Shown in pieces: positions 1 through 15,000 of a stretch of 64,000 nucleotides of DNA. This stretch comes from Patescibacteria group bacterium (GTDB lineage: Bacteria; Patescibacteriota; Minisyncoccia; Phycocordibacterales; UBA918), in the NCBI GenBank assembly GCA_039188945.1, contig JBCCYW010000003.1, positions 8,573 through 72,572 on the forward strand, given 5' to 3'. Position numbers and translations under genes: made by a program. How positions within the stretch are numbered: position 1 is the stretch's first letter; each line of letters opens with the position of its first letter. Below the pieces are notes generated by a model. It ran no database searches. It was not told the DNA's origin and saw nothing but the letters and a program-made list of their open reading frames with translations.

Positions 1-3000
1 CGGTACTTTCAACATTCTTCACCAAAGAAATACGTTCGGTACCAAACAACTCAAGACAGACACCATAGTTATCATTATCTAATCCTGGTGTCTGTACACC
101 AAACATCGCACAGGCTTCATTTTCTGCTCCCGCTCCTGGTGTCGTATCAACATACTGCATGTAGCGAATGATTTCACCTTGAGAGACAACTGACGTTGTG
201 CTGAAAATGCCGTCTGGAGCTCGACTAGTTTCAAAACCTGACGTATCAAGCCCAAATCCTCCACCAAACGCGAATGTCGCATTGGTACTAAAGAGACCCT
301 TATCACCACCATATTCATCGAGATTATTATCCTCAAAGTCATCCACCACAATAAACACTTCACTACTGGAGCTGGTCGAAGAAGCCGACACGTTACCGTA
401 GTACATGTAAATCTCAGTCACTTTGTCAGCTCCAAGAGTTGGCACCTCGACCCACACATCTGCACTGACTCCGGTAGAGAAACGTTCCTGCCAGTGGTCA
501 ATCTCTGTCACACCAGAACTATCAGTGAAGCGAAGATCATCAAAGTCAGTTTGCATATCAGCGTCATATGGAACCACCATCTTTACGGCTGCATTAGTAG
601 TTGTCGAGAGATCATTGTTATCAATCCTGATTCGTTGTCGTGAACTCCAATTGTTGTCGTACCACGTTCCTGGAGGCGCCCCTTCTCCCCCATCATCGTT
701 GCGCCAGCGGTAATGCGCCTGCTCAGTCAAAAGACAATCGCTATCGTCCCAACGAATCGAACTACAAGCATCGGTTCCATCTTGGTCATATACCTCACCA
801 GAGAGATTGCCGGTGTGTCCAGTGAACGTCCAACTATTAGTGGTTGTCGCGTCCAAATTAACGTTGATCCCTCCCGTAAAACCTCCATCAGTAAACCTAC
901 TGCCGGTAATAATTAATCCAGCATTGGCATTTAAGGTTGTCGAAGCAAGTGTGATCAATGACGCTCCATTGAGTGCTTGTGTGAAGCCACCATTATCGAG
1001 TGAGGTGATGGTTGGTGTGCCACTGAATTGTAGACCGTTAGTATCAAGGTCTTCAAAGTCAAAGTACTCAGCGTTGAAGACGCCCGCCAACACCTGAATG
1101 CTGTACTGGCCACTGCCCGGAGTCGAGATGGTAGTTGTACTATTAGCAATACCAATAATTTCAAGCGTACCGCTCACTAAGGTGGTAGTGGCGCCACTAG
1201 CGATGAACACATCGACCGCACGAGAAGACCCGCCAAGAGCCGCTCCATCAAAGTCAGTTGCGTAACTCCAGTACTCGGTTCCTGAAGTAATGTTGTAGTC
1301 ACCAAAGATCGCGAGATCACCATCATTATTTGCATGATCTTGTGAGTAGAGTGAAGAAGTTACCGGTACCGTGAGATTAGTAGATGAAGCATTCCAGGTG
1401 CTGACGTCAGTATTTTCACCAAGTATCACGGTGTCGTAGAGTTCAGCCGGAGTAGACTTGCTGTTGGTCTCATAGATTGAGCCACTATCCAAAACCAGAG
1501 TCGAGCCAAGCCAGGTTGTGGCTGCACCAATGTTGTTGGTAAATACGCCACCTACATAGAGCGTCGTACCACTAGACTGAATATAGGTAGTGGCTGCACT
1601 AAGCGAGAGATTGTTGGTAACCGTCGCGTTTGCTCCCACTGTCCAGCCACCAAGCGCACCACCGAACACCACATCGTAGAAGACGTTATTGCCAGGATAA
1701 ATTAATTCTCCAGTATCACCTGAATTAAAGAGAATTGAACTTGAAGCTGTAGCAAGCGTACCAGTTGCAGCAAGTGATCCACCGATAGAGAAGGTGCCGT
1801 CACCGATAGCAAGACTAGCTCCGGTAGTGATATCCAGGTCACCAAGCAATGAGGCGGAGACGTCTGAGAAGGTGTACGAGCCAAAGTTGTCGATAAACAA
1901 GTTGTTGAGGTCATTGCCGGAGAGTGTCACAGTGTAGGCTCCACTTGATGTAGCGAGCCTAACTGTTCCGCTGTTGTTCGTAATAGTGTCGTTCACGATA
2001 AAGTCGGCTCCTACCGCAAGAACTCCGCTCGGCAAGGTTACCGAACCAGTTGCCACCCGGAAGTAATCAGTAGTAGTGGCATTTGTGTCTGCCATTGTCC
2101 AACCACCACCAGTTCCAGCAAAGAGTACTGACCGAGTATCTGAGCCACCAAAGGTTACGGTATTACCACTACTGGTGGCATCAAAGACAATCCGACCACC
2201 ATTACTATCAAAGCTGCCGCCACTATTGACGAAGGATGCACCAATTGTAGTAGTGCCACTTGGCAGGGTGACCGCTCCGTTTTGAATTAAGAAGTTACTG
2301 CCCGTAGTAAGTGTTGTATCAGTGACTGTCCAACTTCCCGTACCATTAAAGACAAGGTTATAGAAATCGTCATCATTGATGTTGATAGTGCGAGCAGCTC
2401 CGGTGGTGGTAAAGGTAGTAGTTGCGGTACTTGCATCAAACACAGCGCCTGCAGCCGTGATCAAACTGCCACCAATCGAGTGTTCTTCTCCAGCAGCCAT
2501 TTGGAATGTTGCATTCGAAAGGAGTTCAACCGTACCGTCAAAGTCAGCCCCGGCGCCACCGCCAGAGACCGTCACATCTCCATCTGGCGCAAATGTTTTA
2601 CTCTCCCATACTACCAACTTGTGATTAGATGGCAAAACGAGCGTATCTGGTGAACCACCAGTAGCAGTGAACGGAATATCTGCGTCATCATCACTGTCCC
2701 AGGTATCCATATCATCGATAGTCAGCGGGTCGCCACTTTCGTGTCGCACAATCACTCGATTCTCATAGATATCCATATTTCCAATCGAAGACAGTGGATC
2801 TTGTGAGACAACGACACCAGAACCAGCACCATTACCAATATACACAGTGATAACATCTGAGAGTCCATAACTAATGCCGCTAAAGGTGTAATCGGCACTA
2901 CCAATAGCACATGAAGTACTCGCAAATGTAAGGCCGTCCATACTCAGGAAAATATTTGCCGTCGCGCCATCACAGATGCCAATACCTGATTCAGTCACAC

Positions 3001-6000
3001 CGTCGTCACTGTATACAGTACCCTCGATATTAATGATCGCCGCAGAGTCTTCCCACACTAAGAGACCCGGATCATCACCTGGATCATTATCAAAGTCTTC
3101 ACCCGCCAGATTGCCAGGCACATTAACAAACCGCCATGAGCTAGCAGCTGATCCAGTTGCGGTAACGTTAAACGCACTGATCGCAGTGGTGGTAGCAAAC
3201 CGGATATTGGTATAGTTAGGGGCTGGATTAGCACTAATCACTGAACCACCTACCGTCATACCAGAACCGCCCGCAATGGCGATTTCAAAGTCACCATGCG
3301 ACAAGTCAGTCACGTCAGGTGAACCCGAGAAAGTCAGACCATCAGCCGTAGTATCACGGAATTGGTAGTAGTTCATGTTGACGTCAGTCGAACCTCCCAG
3401 TCGGAAGTCATACGTACCTACGGTTAGCGCATCAATACTGGTAGTGGCGGTTGAAGATCCCAGGACAGTCAATGAACCTCCGGTATAGAGTACTGAGCCA
3501 CCTGCTTCAACGAGCACCGCCGCTTGACGTGCTCCTCCGCCAAGTGCCGCGCCATCAAAATCTTCGTTATAACTCCAGTAATCGTCAAAGCCGCTGTTCC
3601 TGTATTCACCATAGATATTTAGTGCCCCATCAACTCCCGCGTGATTTCGAGAGTAGACCGAGCTTGCATCGTTGGTGGTAATACTGGTTGATGTCGCATT
3701 CCAAAATCGTGGCTGTGTGCTAGAGGCAGTTACAATCGCTCCGTAGGTTTGCGAGGTTGTTTTTGCATTTACATCGTACGCCTGATCACCGTAGAGACGG
3801 AGCGTTGAACCAGTCCAATTGGTGGCTCCTCCAAGCATTGAGTTCGTGAAGGTATTGCCAACAGACAGCACCTGACCACCACTCATCGTAAAGTTGCCAG
3901 CACCTAACACCATATCCCCCGTCACTGTTGCGTGCTCGGTCATGGTAAAGGTACCAAGCCCATCAATAGTGAGGTCAGCAAACGGTGAACTGCCGGCGGC
4001 AATCGCCTCATTACTAACCACCTCACCAAACCGGACCGTTCCACCGTTAGCAGCAAATACCCCGTCGTTATCCCAGCTGCCGAAGGCTTCTAGAGTAGCT
4101 GTATCACTCGCTTCAATCGTACCAAGTTGCCCAATATAGATAAGTTCTGCTACCGCTAGAGCTGGATCGTTGGTATTAAGGTCAAGCGTTGACGTACCTT
4201 GATTACCGACCGTCAGACTATTGAAGACTTGGAGGTTGGTACTAGGACCAGTCGCCACAACATCTCCCCCAGCGTCAGTATCGATACGCAGATTGTAATA
4301 CGGTGTACGATCGATATTTGGTGTGGCGCCACTATAACGAACCGTACTGGTTCCTTGCTGGAAGGTACCGTTCGTGGCAAAGACATTACCTGAACCGGTG
4401 AGGTCGAAGGTCGCTTCTCCACCATCGAGGAGATGGTTAGTGGAGATGGTGAGGACGCTTCTTACGGTAGTTGTCGCATCACTCGCCATGGTGGTGCTGT
4501 CAGAATCTGTCACATTACCAAGCGTTAGGTTATTGAAGGTCCAACCTTGTGTTCCACCAAGCGTGTTATTACGCTCTATCGCAACCGTTCCTCCCGTCAT
4601 ATTAACCAGACCATTACCAGAGAACGAACCACTCTCGACAGTGACGTCTGAGACTCCTGATACGGTTCCGGTTGCTAAGTTAATTCCAGTTTGGGAGATA
4701 ATTGGTGTTTGTACTGCCCAGCCGCCGCCTACACCAGTAAAGTCAATATCGTAGAACGTAAATGTCGAGCTGGCGCGCGAATCGATAGTTTGACCAGTAT
4801 TGGTTGCCGTAAAGGTTACTGTTGAAGAAGCACCGCTAAACACGGCACCATTTTCGCCATAGAAGCCTCCACCAATCGTCACTGGGTCAGTACCGGCCAT
4901 GGTCAACGTACCTCCATTACCAATTGAAAGCGTTCCATCTTGTTCGGTCGTACCATACCCTGAGAGATTAATTTCACCACCCGGAATAAATTGCTTACTA
5001 TCCCAAACATAGAGGCCACTACCCGGCAGAACAGTGAGTAGATCTGGTGACGTGCTCGTAGAAGCAGTAAATGGAATGTCACTATCGTTATCGTTATCAA
5101 AGCGAGTCATATCAGCAATTGTCAGTGCTGCGATGTCTTCGTGACGAACAATCACTTGATTAGCGTAGATATCAAACCCTTCAATGCGACTCGGTACAGC
5201 CTGTTCTTGTGGTCGCATAGCAAACTGAATCGTCATGCTGTCCTGGTTGCCAAGCGATGTAATTTCAGCATCACCAGTAGCACCAAACTCTTCTTGTAGC
5301 TTGGTTGATACTGCGAATAGTCTGTCAGTGTTACCGGCTGGTGAGAGCGAGTCTTCGACCAACGTCTCCCAGTCTAGTGGCATGTCAACATTAGTGTCAC
5401 CAATCACCATCCACGCGGCAAACACTTGGGCTTTATCAGTGACTGTGGTGATTGATTCTGCTGCTGGCGAGTTATCGTTTAACTGATAATCCCACGTTGT
5501 TGCTACATCCAGTGGACTAGTGACATCTACTCCAGAGAGTGAGCCGATCCAGTACGCAATCTCGTCAGTACCATCGTTATTAGTAAAGGTATGAGTAGCG
5601 GGTTCAGTCGTCGCGTCAGTAACTACCCGATACCAAGCACCACCAAACACATCGGCTTCAGCATTCTCACCACGGGTTGCTATCTCAGTCCAGCCAGCCG
5701 GAGCACTAACGGTCGGATCATCATCCTTACCAATAATTACCACGAGGACATCATTGGTTACCACTGATGGAGTAGTGAGCACTACCGTTGCACCAGTAGC
5801 AAATTGTTGCTGATCAAATGATGAATCACGGACAGCAATATCTTCGTACACCGGATCAGTTGGGGTACCAAGTGGTGTCTGAGTTACCACCGCAGCTGAA
5901 ACTGACGTGGTTGCGGTCGGCGGTGTGGCAGCTGGCTGCAACGCGAATGTGCCAACATGAGGATCGCGAGTACCTGGCACCCCAACCATCTCAATTGATT

Positions 6001-9000
6001 GAGTAGTGCTCGGGGTAGCAAACTGTCGTGAAATAACACTGAGGTTCACATTGTTAGTGCCAACAATATTGTAGGCCCGAGTGTCCCAACCTTCATCACT
6101 AGCAACCTGAACTGCAACGTCGTTATCGACAAACCATGAACTAAGGACGTACGTATTGTTGACCGTTGTCACGACACTTGGAGTTTCCGGAGTTCCGTCA
6201 TCAAGCAGCTCTGTCCAGCCACTACTAACATCAATTGGTGTGGTCGTGTCGACATTCAAGAATGAACCAATCCAATACGAGTATCCTTGATTGTTATTAA
6301 GAGCGTTAAAGTCGTACGAAGTTGGTTCACTGCTAGCATCAGAAACCACCCTATACCAAATACCAGTATAAATATCATCATTGGCTGCGTCCCCAAATTC
6401 ATTAATAAGTGTCCAACCAGCTGGTGGCGTGATACCTGGATCATCATTCTTTCCAATAATGGCAACCAGAACTGAGTTATCTTCAATGGTGGTTGGTCGG
6501 GTGACTGTGGTGACTCCAGCCCCTGTTCCGACTCCACTGCCAGTCAGCTCATCCAAAAGGAAGATATCCATTGCTCCATTGGTGGCTTCAGAATTGAGAT
6601 ACGCAGTCACTTTCGGCTCGCCAACATACACAATGCCGGTCACTTCAAAACTTCCATCAGTCGGGTCACAAGCCGCTGTGTATGATGGACCACTATCGAG
6701 TACTACGGTCACATTTTGTGTGACACCATTACAGACACTGGCTGACGCGGTGGTTGAGCCATTATCGGCATAGACCGTACCGCGAATTGAGATTGCATAA
6801 TTACTATCGTCCCACTGAATTGTACCGGGATCTCCATCATCATCGTCAAATGATTCACCATAGCGATCACCAACCCCACCGCTAAAGAGCCAGAATGCAC
6901 TCGCCGTACCACTCGCCGTAACGTTTACTGAAGGACCTGAGACTGAGGCGAAATTAAGATCCGGATACTCTGTTGATGGTTGCGCATTGATGGTGCTTGC
7001 ATCAACGGTAACCGCTGTAGTGCCGCTCGCGATAGAGAAATCACCGTTGGTGAAATTAGTAACTGAAACAGAATCAAGGAGCTCAAAACCATTTACACCA
7101 GTACCGGTCATCGTAAAGTACTGCGCATTCAATGTTGCTCCCGAGAGCGACAAATCGAAGGTACCAGTGATCGCATCGACCGTTGTCGATGCCGTACTAC
7201 TACCAAGCATATTGAGAATGGCACTGCCAGAAAGACGAACTGACGTACCACTCGCAATCCGCACATCAACCTGACGAGGGCTACCGGAGATATCCGTGCC
7301 ATCAAAGTCAGTCGCACTACTCCAGTATTCTGCCCCAGTCGTTCTCGTGTAGTCACCAAAGATTCTAAGTTCACCATTATTGCCACCAAAATCTGGCATA
7401 TAGATTGATGACGTATCGAGAATGGTTGAGGTACTGATGGTTGAATTCCAGATCGTAATATCACTATCACCTGACACCTCGATCGTCGCATAGTCATCAC
7501 CTGAATCGAGTCGATCAGTGACAACATAATCGCCACCCGTAAGCACAAGGGTTGAATCAGTCCAGGTAGTTGAGGCCGCGGTGAAGCTGTTGCGGAAAAT
7601 GTTTTGTACCGACAAGGTAGTGTTTGGTGCCTGCACAAAACTATCACCCGTGACTAAGGTCGCATTATTTTCTACGGTCGTCGTACTTAGCGTCCAGCCA
7701 CCGCCAACGCCATTAAAGGAGAGGTTGTAGAAAATTCCCGTACCAAAGTCTATTGTCTCACCGAGATCGTTACTATCGAATGTAGTAGTGGCGTTATTGG
7801 CATCATAGGTACCGCTGTTGTTGAGCGCTGAACCACCAATTGTGAAGGTATCGCTCGGTGCGATGAGAAGCGCTCCAGAGACTGTTACGTCTCCATCGGC
7901 GTCTGCGTTGGCCTCGTTGAGTGTAAAGACCGGCGCTGCTTCGGTAAAGAGTTCTGAGCTAGTGGCGTAGAAACTCGTTGGTGCAAATTGATTATCGTAC
8001 TCAGTTGTAATCCATCCAGCGTCTCGCACGACTGATGAGAAACGGAGTTCATCGAGAAAACCATCAAGCTCTTCCCCGCCATCAAAGCCACCGAGAATTG
8101 AATCTTGGTCTTGCCCAATGATAAGTGCACCATCGTTAATATCGATTGCATCAAGTGTTTCGAGAGTTGGACTTTGATCATCTTCTTCAGCGTTAATGTA
8201 GAAGCGAACAATATTATTATCAGTATCACGCACTGTGTGGTAGGCTCGCCACGCACCATCGTTAATGAGTGAAATATCGACAAAATCAACCGTCCCTTCA
8301 TCAAACCATTCAAACTCATCACTATTATCAAGACGAATGAGAACCTCATTAAACTGTCCTGAGTTAGCACCTGATACAACAGCATGATCGTTCAATTCTG
8401 TTGTTTGGTACCACCACGACACAGTGACATCAGTTTGACCATCGAGAGTAGACGTAGCGATTTGAATGTAATCAGCATTCGCTTCGTCCCATTCTTGACC
8501 CTGGCCAATGAACCCAGTAGTTCCAGTAGCATCGACAAAGTCGTCACCATCTCGGCCATTGCCAGTACTGTCGGTGTAGACACCAATGTTACCGGTACCG
8601 GCGACTTCTTCTCCTAAGTGGTATACCGCCAAGTAATCATTAGTCCAAACATTATTTCGGCCGTACGTGTCAGTAGGGCTATAGGCAGTGGCGTTTACAT
8701 TGTTGTAATAGAGATAGAAGCGATTATCAGTACCGCTCGTCAGCATCGGTGCTTTAAAGTGTAGTTCTCCAGTCTGGGTATTCGTGTCGATGCTCACCAA
8801 CTCATAGGCGAGTTCGGTTGTTCCGTTACTACTTGTCATTCGAATATCAGCTCCATCGGCAGCAACGTTCGCCCAGAACACCGACCCAAGATCCGCTAGG
8901 TTTATATAGACCGGGAAGTCAATCATCGCTCCCGTAACTGAGGTTGAGGCAATATCAATCACCACCCGATCACTCCAGGCGGCTGCGTACCAACTATCAA

Positions 9001-12000
9001 GAACACCACTACCAAAGATTACGTTGTTAAAGGCAGCGTTATTAGTAGTAACATCAACACTACTGGCACTCGTAAAGACAACCGTGCCACCATTAGCAGT
9101 AAAGTCACCACTTCCGGAAACATCAAGCGTGTTCCCAATCGCTAACGCTCCTGACGGGAACGTCACTGTACCATCTTCAATAGCAAAGAGATTAGTAGTG
9201 GTCGCATTAGCATCAGTAAAGGTCCAGTCACCAGAGCCCGAGAACGTGACATCATAGAACTGATTCAGGAATTCTGTCCCGTTGAGGGTAATCACTTCAC
9301 TGCCAGAGCCATCAAACTCAACCTCGTTGTTGTTGTGCATGAACACTCCGTTGTTAATGAAGGAACCACCAACATTCAACTTACTTGTCGGCAATGCCAC
9401 CGTACCAGTCGCTACGGTAAAGTCACCGCTCACCACAACTGATGGTTCGGTGAAGGCTGGTGAAGTGGTGGCGTCGGCAAACGTGATATCGAAGAAACTC
9501 GAACCGCCTGAGGAAATATTGTGTGTTGCCTCGTCAGTCGTGGTCGCTGGGGTATATGCTTCGACACTGCTCGTAGCGTAGAAGTCAGTTGGCGTGAATT
9601 GGTTGCTGTATTCTGCCTCGACCCAGGAAGCGTCGCGGCTTGAGGTAGCGATACGGAGCTCGTCAATGTAACCCAAGAACGCACCACCACCAGCATTACC
9701 AGCCACCCGCAAACCACCTGTGTTTGAAGGGTTCTCATCAGCACCGCCTCCCTGCTGCACACTCTCAACTTGCACCCCGTCTTCATACACCAAGTTAAAC
9801 TGCGTCGTTGAAGTGACACCAATCGTAGTAAAGTGTCGCCAAATCGAAGGTGTTCTTGGGTTTATTGTATAAGCCGCCTGACCGTCATCACGACCAAAGT
9901 AGTGTAGGCCCGACGTACCGCCGGTCCAAGGCCTGAATTCAATATCATTTGGACCATCACCAGTTCCCCACTCCCAGACCGTCTCATTGTCAAAGTCATC
10001 CAAGAAGTACCATCCCGACGTCGTGAGACGATCACCAGATGTCCATGAGAAGTCGGTATCAATTAAATATCCAGCACTACCACTTGCATTAAGCGCTACA
10101 CCCACCTGACCACTGGTGGTTGCCATGGCTCCACCCAAAAGCAAGAGGTCGCGTCCTCGGCCAGAATCATCTGGAATAATAGTTCCAACGGTGCTGAAAT
10201 CATCATTAAAGTGATAGACCGCTTCATAATCTCGCCATACGGCGTAAGAACCATAGGTGTCAGTAGCTAGATAACCGTCGGCAGCAGGGTTATCAAAGTA
10301 GATATAGAAGGTTGTAGTAGCGGAGCTACTAATTGCATCTGCTAAGAAGTGAAGCTCACCAGTTTCTGCGCTGGCATCAAATTCAACCAGATCATATGGT
10401 AGTTCCGTCATACCATCATTAGTAGTAATTCTGATATCGTCACCGTCAGTTTGCACACTACCCCAGAAATCGCTACCTAAGGTAGAGAGGTCAACAAAAG
10501 TCGGGAAATTAGTCAGGGCACCACTAACTTCAGAATCTTGTACCACTATTGGTAATCGGCTTGCAAACGAGATGTCTGCGTACCAGTCTGCCGAACCTGG
10601 AATAGCGGCAGGATAAGACCGGTCGTCCGGAATAAATTCAACGTTACTCGAGCCAGCTAAGAAGGTGCCAGTGTTTGTCCAGTCACCGCCCACATAGAAG
10701 GCATACGTCGCACCAGACAATGTATCGTTCGCACCAATCGTAATATCATATGCTTTCACATCACTGGTAAGCGCTACAAACTTGCTCACGCCATCAATTA
10801 CCACATTACCGATATTTTGTAATGTTGTGCTCGATACATGATCATCGTTCCACGTTGCCGCAGCGTTTCCATCGAAGGTGGTAGTCGCCACTCCAAGCCA
10901 AGTAGCATTGGCACCAGTTGAGAGGTTACCCTGCAACGAAATATCATTTACACCTCGATCAAAGGTGCCACTCGCTACGGTTAGTGATCCGGACAGATCA
11001 AGAGCTGTTGCAATGGTATACGTCGCCGTACCCGCTCCAGCTCCCATTGAAAGGTTATGGAAATCAAGTGGCGATTCGGTACTAATGATGGTCTCACTTG
11101 AGCTGGTAGCCACCAAGTTGATGGTTGAGGTATCAGTAGAAGACGTGGCATTATTTTCCCACGAGCCACTCACAGTAAAGGTGTTGCCATCGAGCTCAAC
11201 GATACCGTCATTGACAAAATCATGCGTTGTCACGCTCACCGTCTGGGAACTACTAGCTGTGTATGTGGTACGAGGACCAATGTAGAGATTGGCATTGCCA
11301 CAACTACCGACCGCACACACATTGAGATTACCAGAGAGATCTACATCAAAGAAGATATCTTCATTACCTGAAATACTATTATCGTACGCGGCCAAATTAT
11401 TATTAAAGACCGTACTATCTTCATCGGCCTGGAGTGAAAGATGTTGTTCATAGAGTGTCACACCAGTAATATCACCAACCCCATCATACTCAAAGACCGC
11501 TACTGCCTCATCAGGATCAGCTGCTCCATCAACCCAGACAGTAATAATATCGCCAGCAAATGCGGTCACATTCGCAAGCGTCCAGGTGCCATCACCGGCA
11601 ATCGTACCGGTATTTAAGAGCGCTGGTCCGTTATTCACGGCTGCCATAATGGTACCGCTAGTAACTGGAGTCACTCGGTCATATTCATAGACAATGCCAG
11701 ACATATTGACACCTTCGCTCCATTCAAGTTGCCAATTATCAATTGATGGACACGAACCACCACCACAGGATAGGGTCGCAAATGGACGAATAATGCCATA
11801 GGTATTAATGTCGACATTGGTGAGATCTATTGGGCTGGTTGTGGTGCCAGTACTGTTGCCTGGAATTGCGCTATCTGGGATAAGTGCATACACTCCATCA
11901 CTTACTTGGTATTGCAGCTGATACAAAATATCACTGGTAGCTGGTGTACTATCTACCCAGGAGAAATTATCGAATTTTGGTCCTGCACCATCAGTGAAGA

Positions 12001-15000
12001 TAATATCCTCACCAGCAATCGTACCGGTCAAATCACCAGCATTAAGACGAGTCAGGTTACCAGCAGTATTTTCAAAGGCCACGATCGAAACAATTTCCTG
12101 AGTATGACCGTCAGCCAGTGAACCTTGTTCAGAGATACTGACAAAAATGTTTGAAGCATTGCTTGTGCCACCAAGATCCTTCTGAGCAAAACCACCCTGA
12201 CCACCATCTTCAGCATTATTTTGAATCAACGTAATTGCCGGTGTCGTTGAGAAGCCAGAAATACTTACTTGCGCCCCACCGTCATCAACATCACCATCGG
12301 GTGAGTTGAGGGATTGGAACACACTACCGCCCACATCAGTAGACGTCGTTGCATCTAACACTATGTAGTCGATATCTTCTGACCCAGAGCGACCACTTGT
12401 AGTATGACGACTTAACGCTAATGCGACCCTCATCTGACTACTAGTGACTTCAGTCTGGAAGGTTCCCCCACCATCTACGTGAGAAGATACCCACTCTGAG
12501 TCATTGTTTGTAGATACGGTAGTAATCGGTACTGGTATTCCTGAAAAAGCTGGTGTAAAGGTAATCACCTCACCAACAGTATTTGAGTATCCGTCTACTT
12601 GTGTGGCACTCACACTCTCTTGCGTACCAGCCAATAACCGAAAACCACTGCCACCATCATCAATCGTCCAGTCACCTGTTTCGGCTACCACATAATCTAC
12701 GTCGGTTGAGCCGGTAAAGTTGTTTTGGTAGTTATCTACTTTAATTTCAAATGAATTACTGGTCTTGTTACGAACCCGCACCGTTCGACCCGAAGCTTGT
12801 CCACCCGCTTGGAAGTCAAATTCAGGAGTACTCACCACCACCATATCGTTGTAAATATTTTGTGTATTGACCGTCGTCCAATTGTTGTTGGTGAGGGAAA
12901 TCGTTCCAAATTCACCGACAACATCAGTAATTTCTACTGAGTCAGAACTCGAGGCAATCACTCCAGCCAGTTCACCTTGATCAAATTGTTCCTGAGTCGT
13001 CTGGAACCAGGTTGATACTGAGACTGACGTTGAGGCGGTAAATGAATCTGGTTCTGACCACGGACTAAAGCTGTCGTTACCATTAGGGTCCTTGGCCCGC
13101 ACTCGCCACCAATAGGTAGTGTTGTTGGTGAGTGGCGTCTGGGTTGTGTAGGTGACAGTTGCTCCAGAAGCATACGGATTACCAGCACTGAAACCAGGAC
13201 TCGTGCTTGAGTTAAAGGTAGATGAGCTGGTGAGGAAATCAATGTCAGTACTGATTGATAGCTCATACTCAAGATTGTCGCCTTGTGGATCAGTTGTCGT
13301 GAAGTCGAATACCGGACTCAAGCCTGCGAACTTCTCGTTATCAAACGAATCACCGAGTGTCGGTGTGTTTACCCGAAGCCCCCACTTCACCGACCACTCC
13401 TGCAGTGAGACGGTTGTTCCTTCGAAGGTAGCTACTAAACGAATTTCGTTATAGACACTCGTATCAAGTTCAGAAATACTAATTGGTGAGGAAGTCGCGC
13501 CAATACTATTATTTGGAATCTGTGAATCAGGAATCAAGGTCCAGGTACCGCTATCGTTAAACTGCACCTGGACCGAACTGGTACCACTCGTAACCGTATC
13601 ACTCCAAGAGACTTCACCCCAGGCGTTGCCAAAGGTTGCATCATCAAAATCGATCGCCGTTGACGTCATGGTGGCAGGCGATGAAGCGAGTGCGACTTCC
13701 CCACTTGAAGTCGACATATTGCTAAGTTCGTTGGTTGAAAATTGGTCACCAGTTGTTTGGTACCACTCAGTAACTTCAATCAGGTCCTCGACGGTGAAAC
13801 TATACGGTGATGACCACTCGCTGGTCGTGGCTGAACCATTTGGATCATCAGCCCGCACTCGCCACCAGTACGTTGTACCCGTTGCTAAGCTTGTACCTGA
13901 TGTAAACCGAACCTGATTACCTGACGAGAATGGAGCCTTATCACCATTATTGTTGATGTTTTCAAATTCGAGGAAATTATCGTCAGAATTACGATCAATC
14001 AGTGGGCTAGCAAAATCTACGGTGTTCGCAACTTGCACCTGATAATCAATATCATCACCAGCAATGTCAGAAGACACAAACTCAAGCATCGGGGTTCTGG
14101 TAGCAGTCCGCTCGTTATCAAAGAACGCAAGCAAAGTTGGCACATTTGGTGGACCAACCGTCTCGAGTTGTGGGTATAAGGTATAGGTTGTCAGTGGCGC
14201 ACCACCACTTCGGGTCATGCGGAAACAATAGTTGATATTAATATCAACATTGGTCGCCTGAAGAACCCAGTCAAACTCAGCCACTTGACCAACGCCAATT
14301 TCATTTTGAATAAGGTTAGAAAGATTTCGCTCCTCGTACGTTCCAAACACCGTTGAGGATGCCAGGGTGGTAGAAGATAGAATGCGTCCATCTTGAATGA
14401 GCGGAATATCAAAACCTGAGAAGGCTGCGGTCGTACTACCCGGTTGCCCAACTTCAAACCAATTACTTTCAGCAATCAAAGAACATTGATCAGCCGCCGT
14501 CGCAGCACCATATTCAAGTCGGAATGCAGCAGAATTTTCAGTACCAGTAGCGGTACTGGCTTCAATATTCATTCGTAAGCGGATAACATCGCCATCCTGG
14601 AGTGCACCAGACCCAGTAATTGATTCTCCTTCAGTCACATTTGAATCACTAATTGGCCAGGTGGAAGTTGGAGTTTCGGTATTACCATTTTGATACCACA
14701 AGAATGAGAGTTGTTCATAGTCAGCGTCATTGGCCATTTCCTGTTGACCAAACGCAATAGTAAAGGCATCTGCTCCAAACTTACGTGCCTGCACGGTACC
14801 AACCAAGTTCTTCTCGTCACCAACGTTAGTACCGCTGTTCTGGATTGAACGATCTTCATAAATAGCATAAAACGGCACACCATTAGTCGACACGACCTGA
14901 TAGCCAGCTGGGTAGTTGAGCGTATCTCCATCAGTTCCTCCATTAAAGAGCACTTTGCCCGGATCTGTTGTATTAGGGGAACAAGTTGCACTCTCAATAA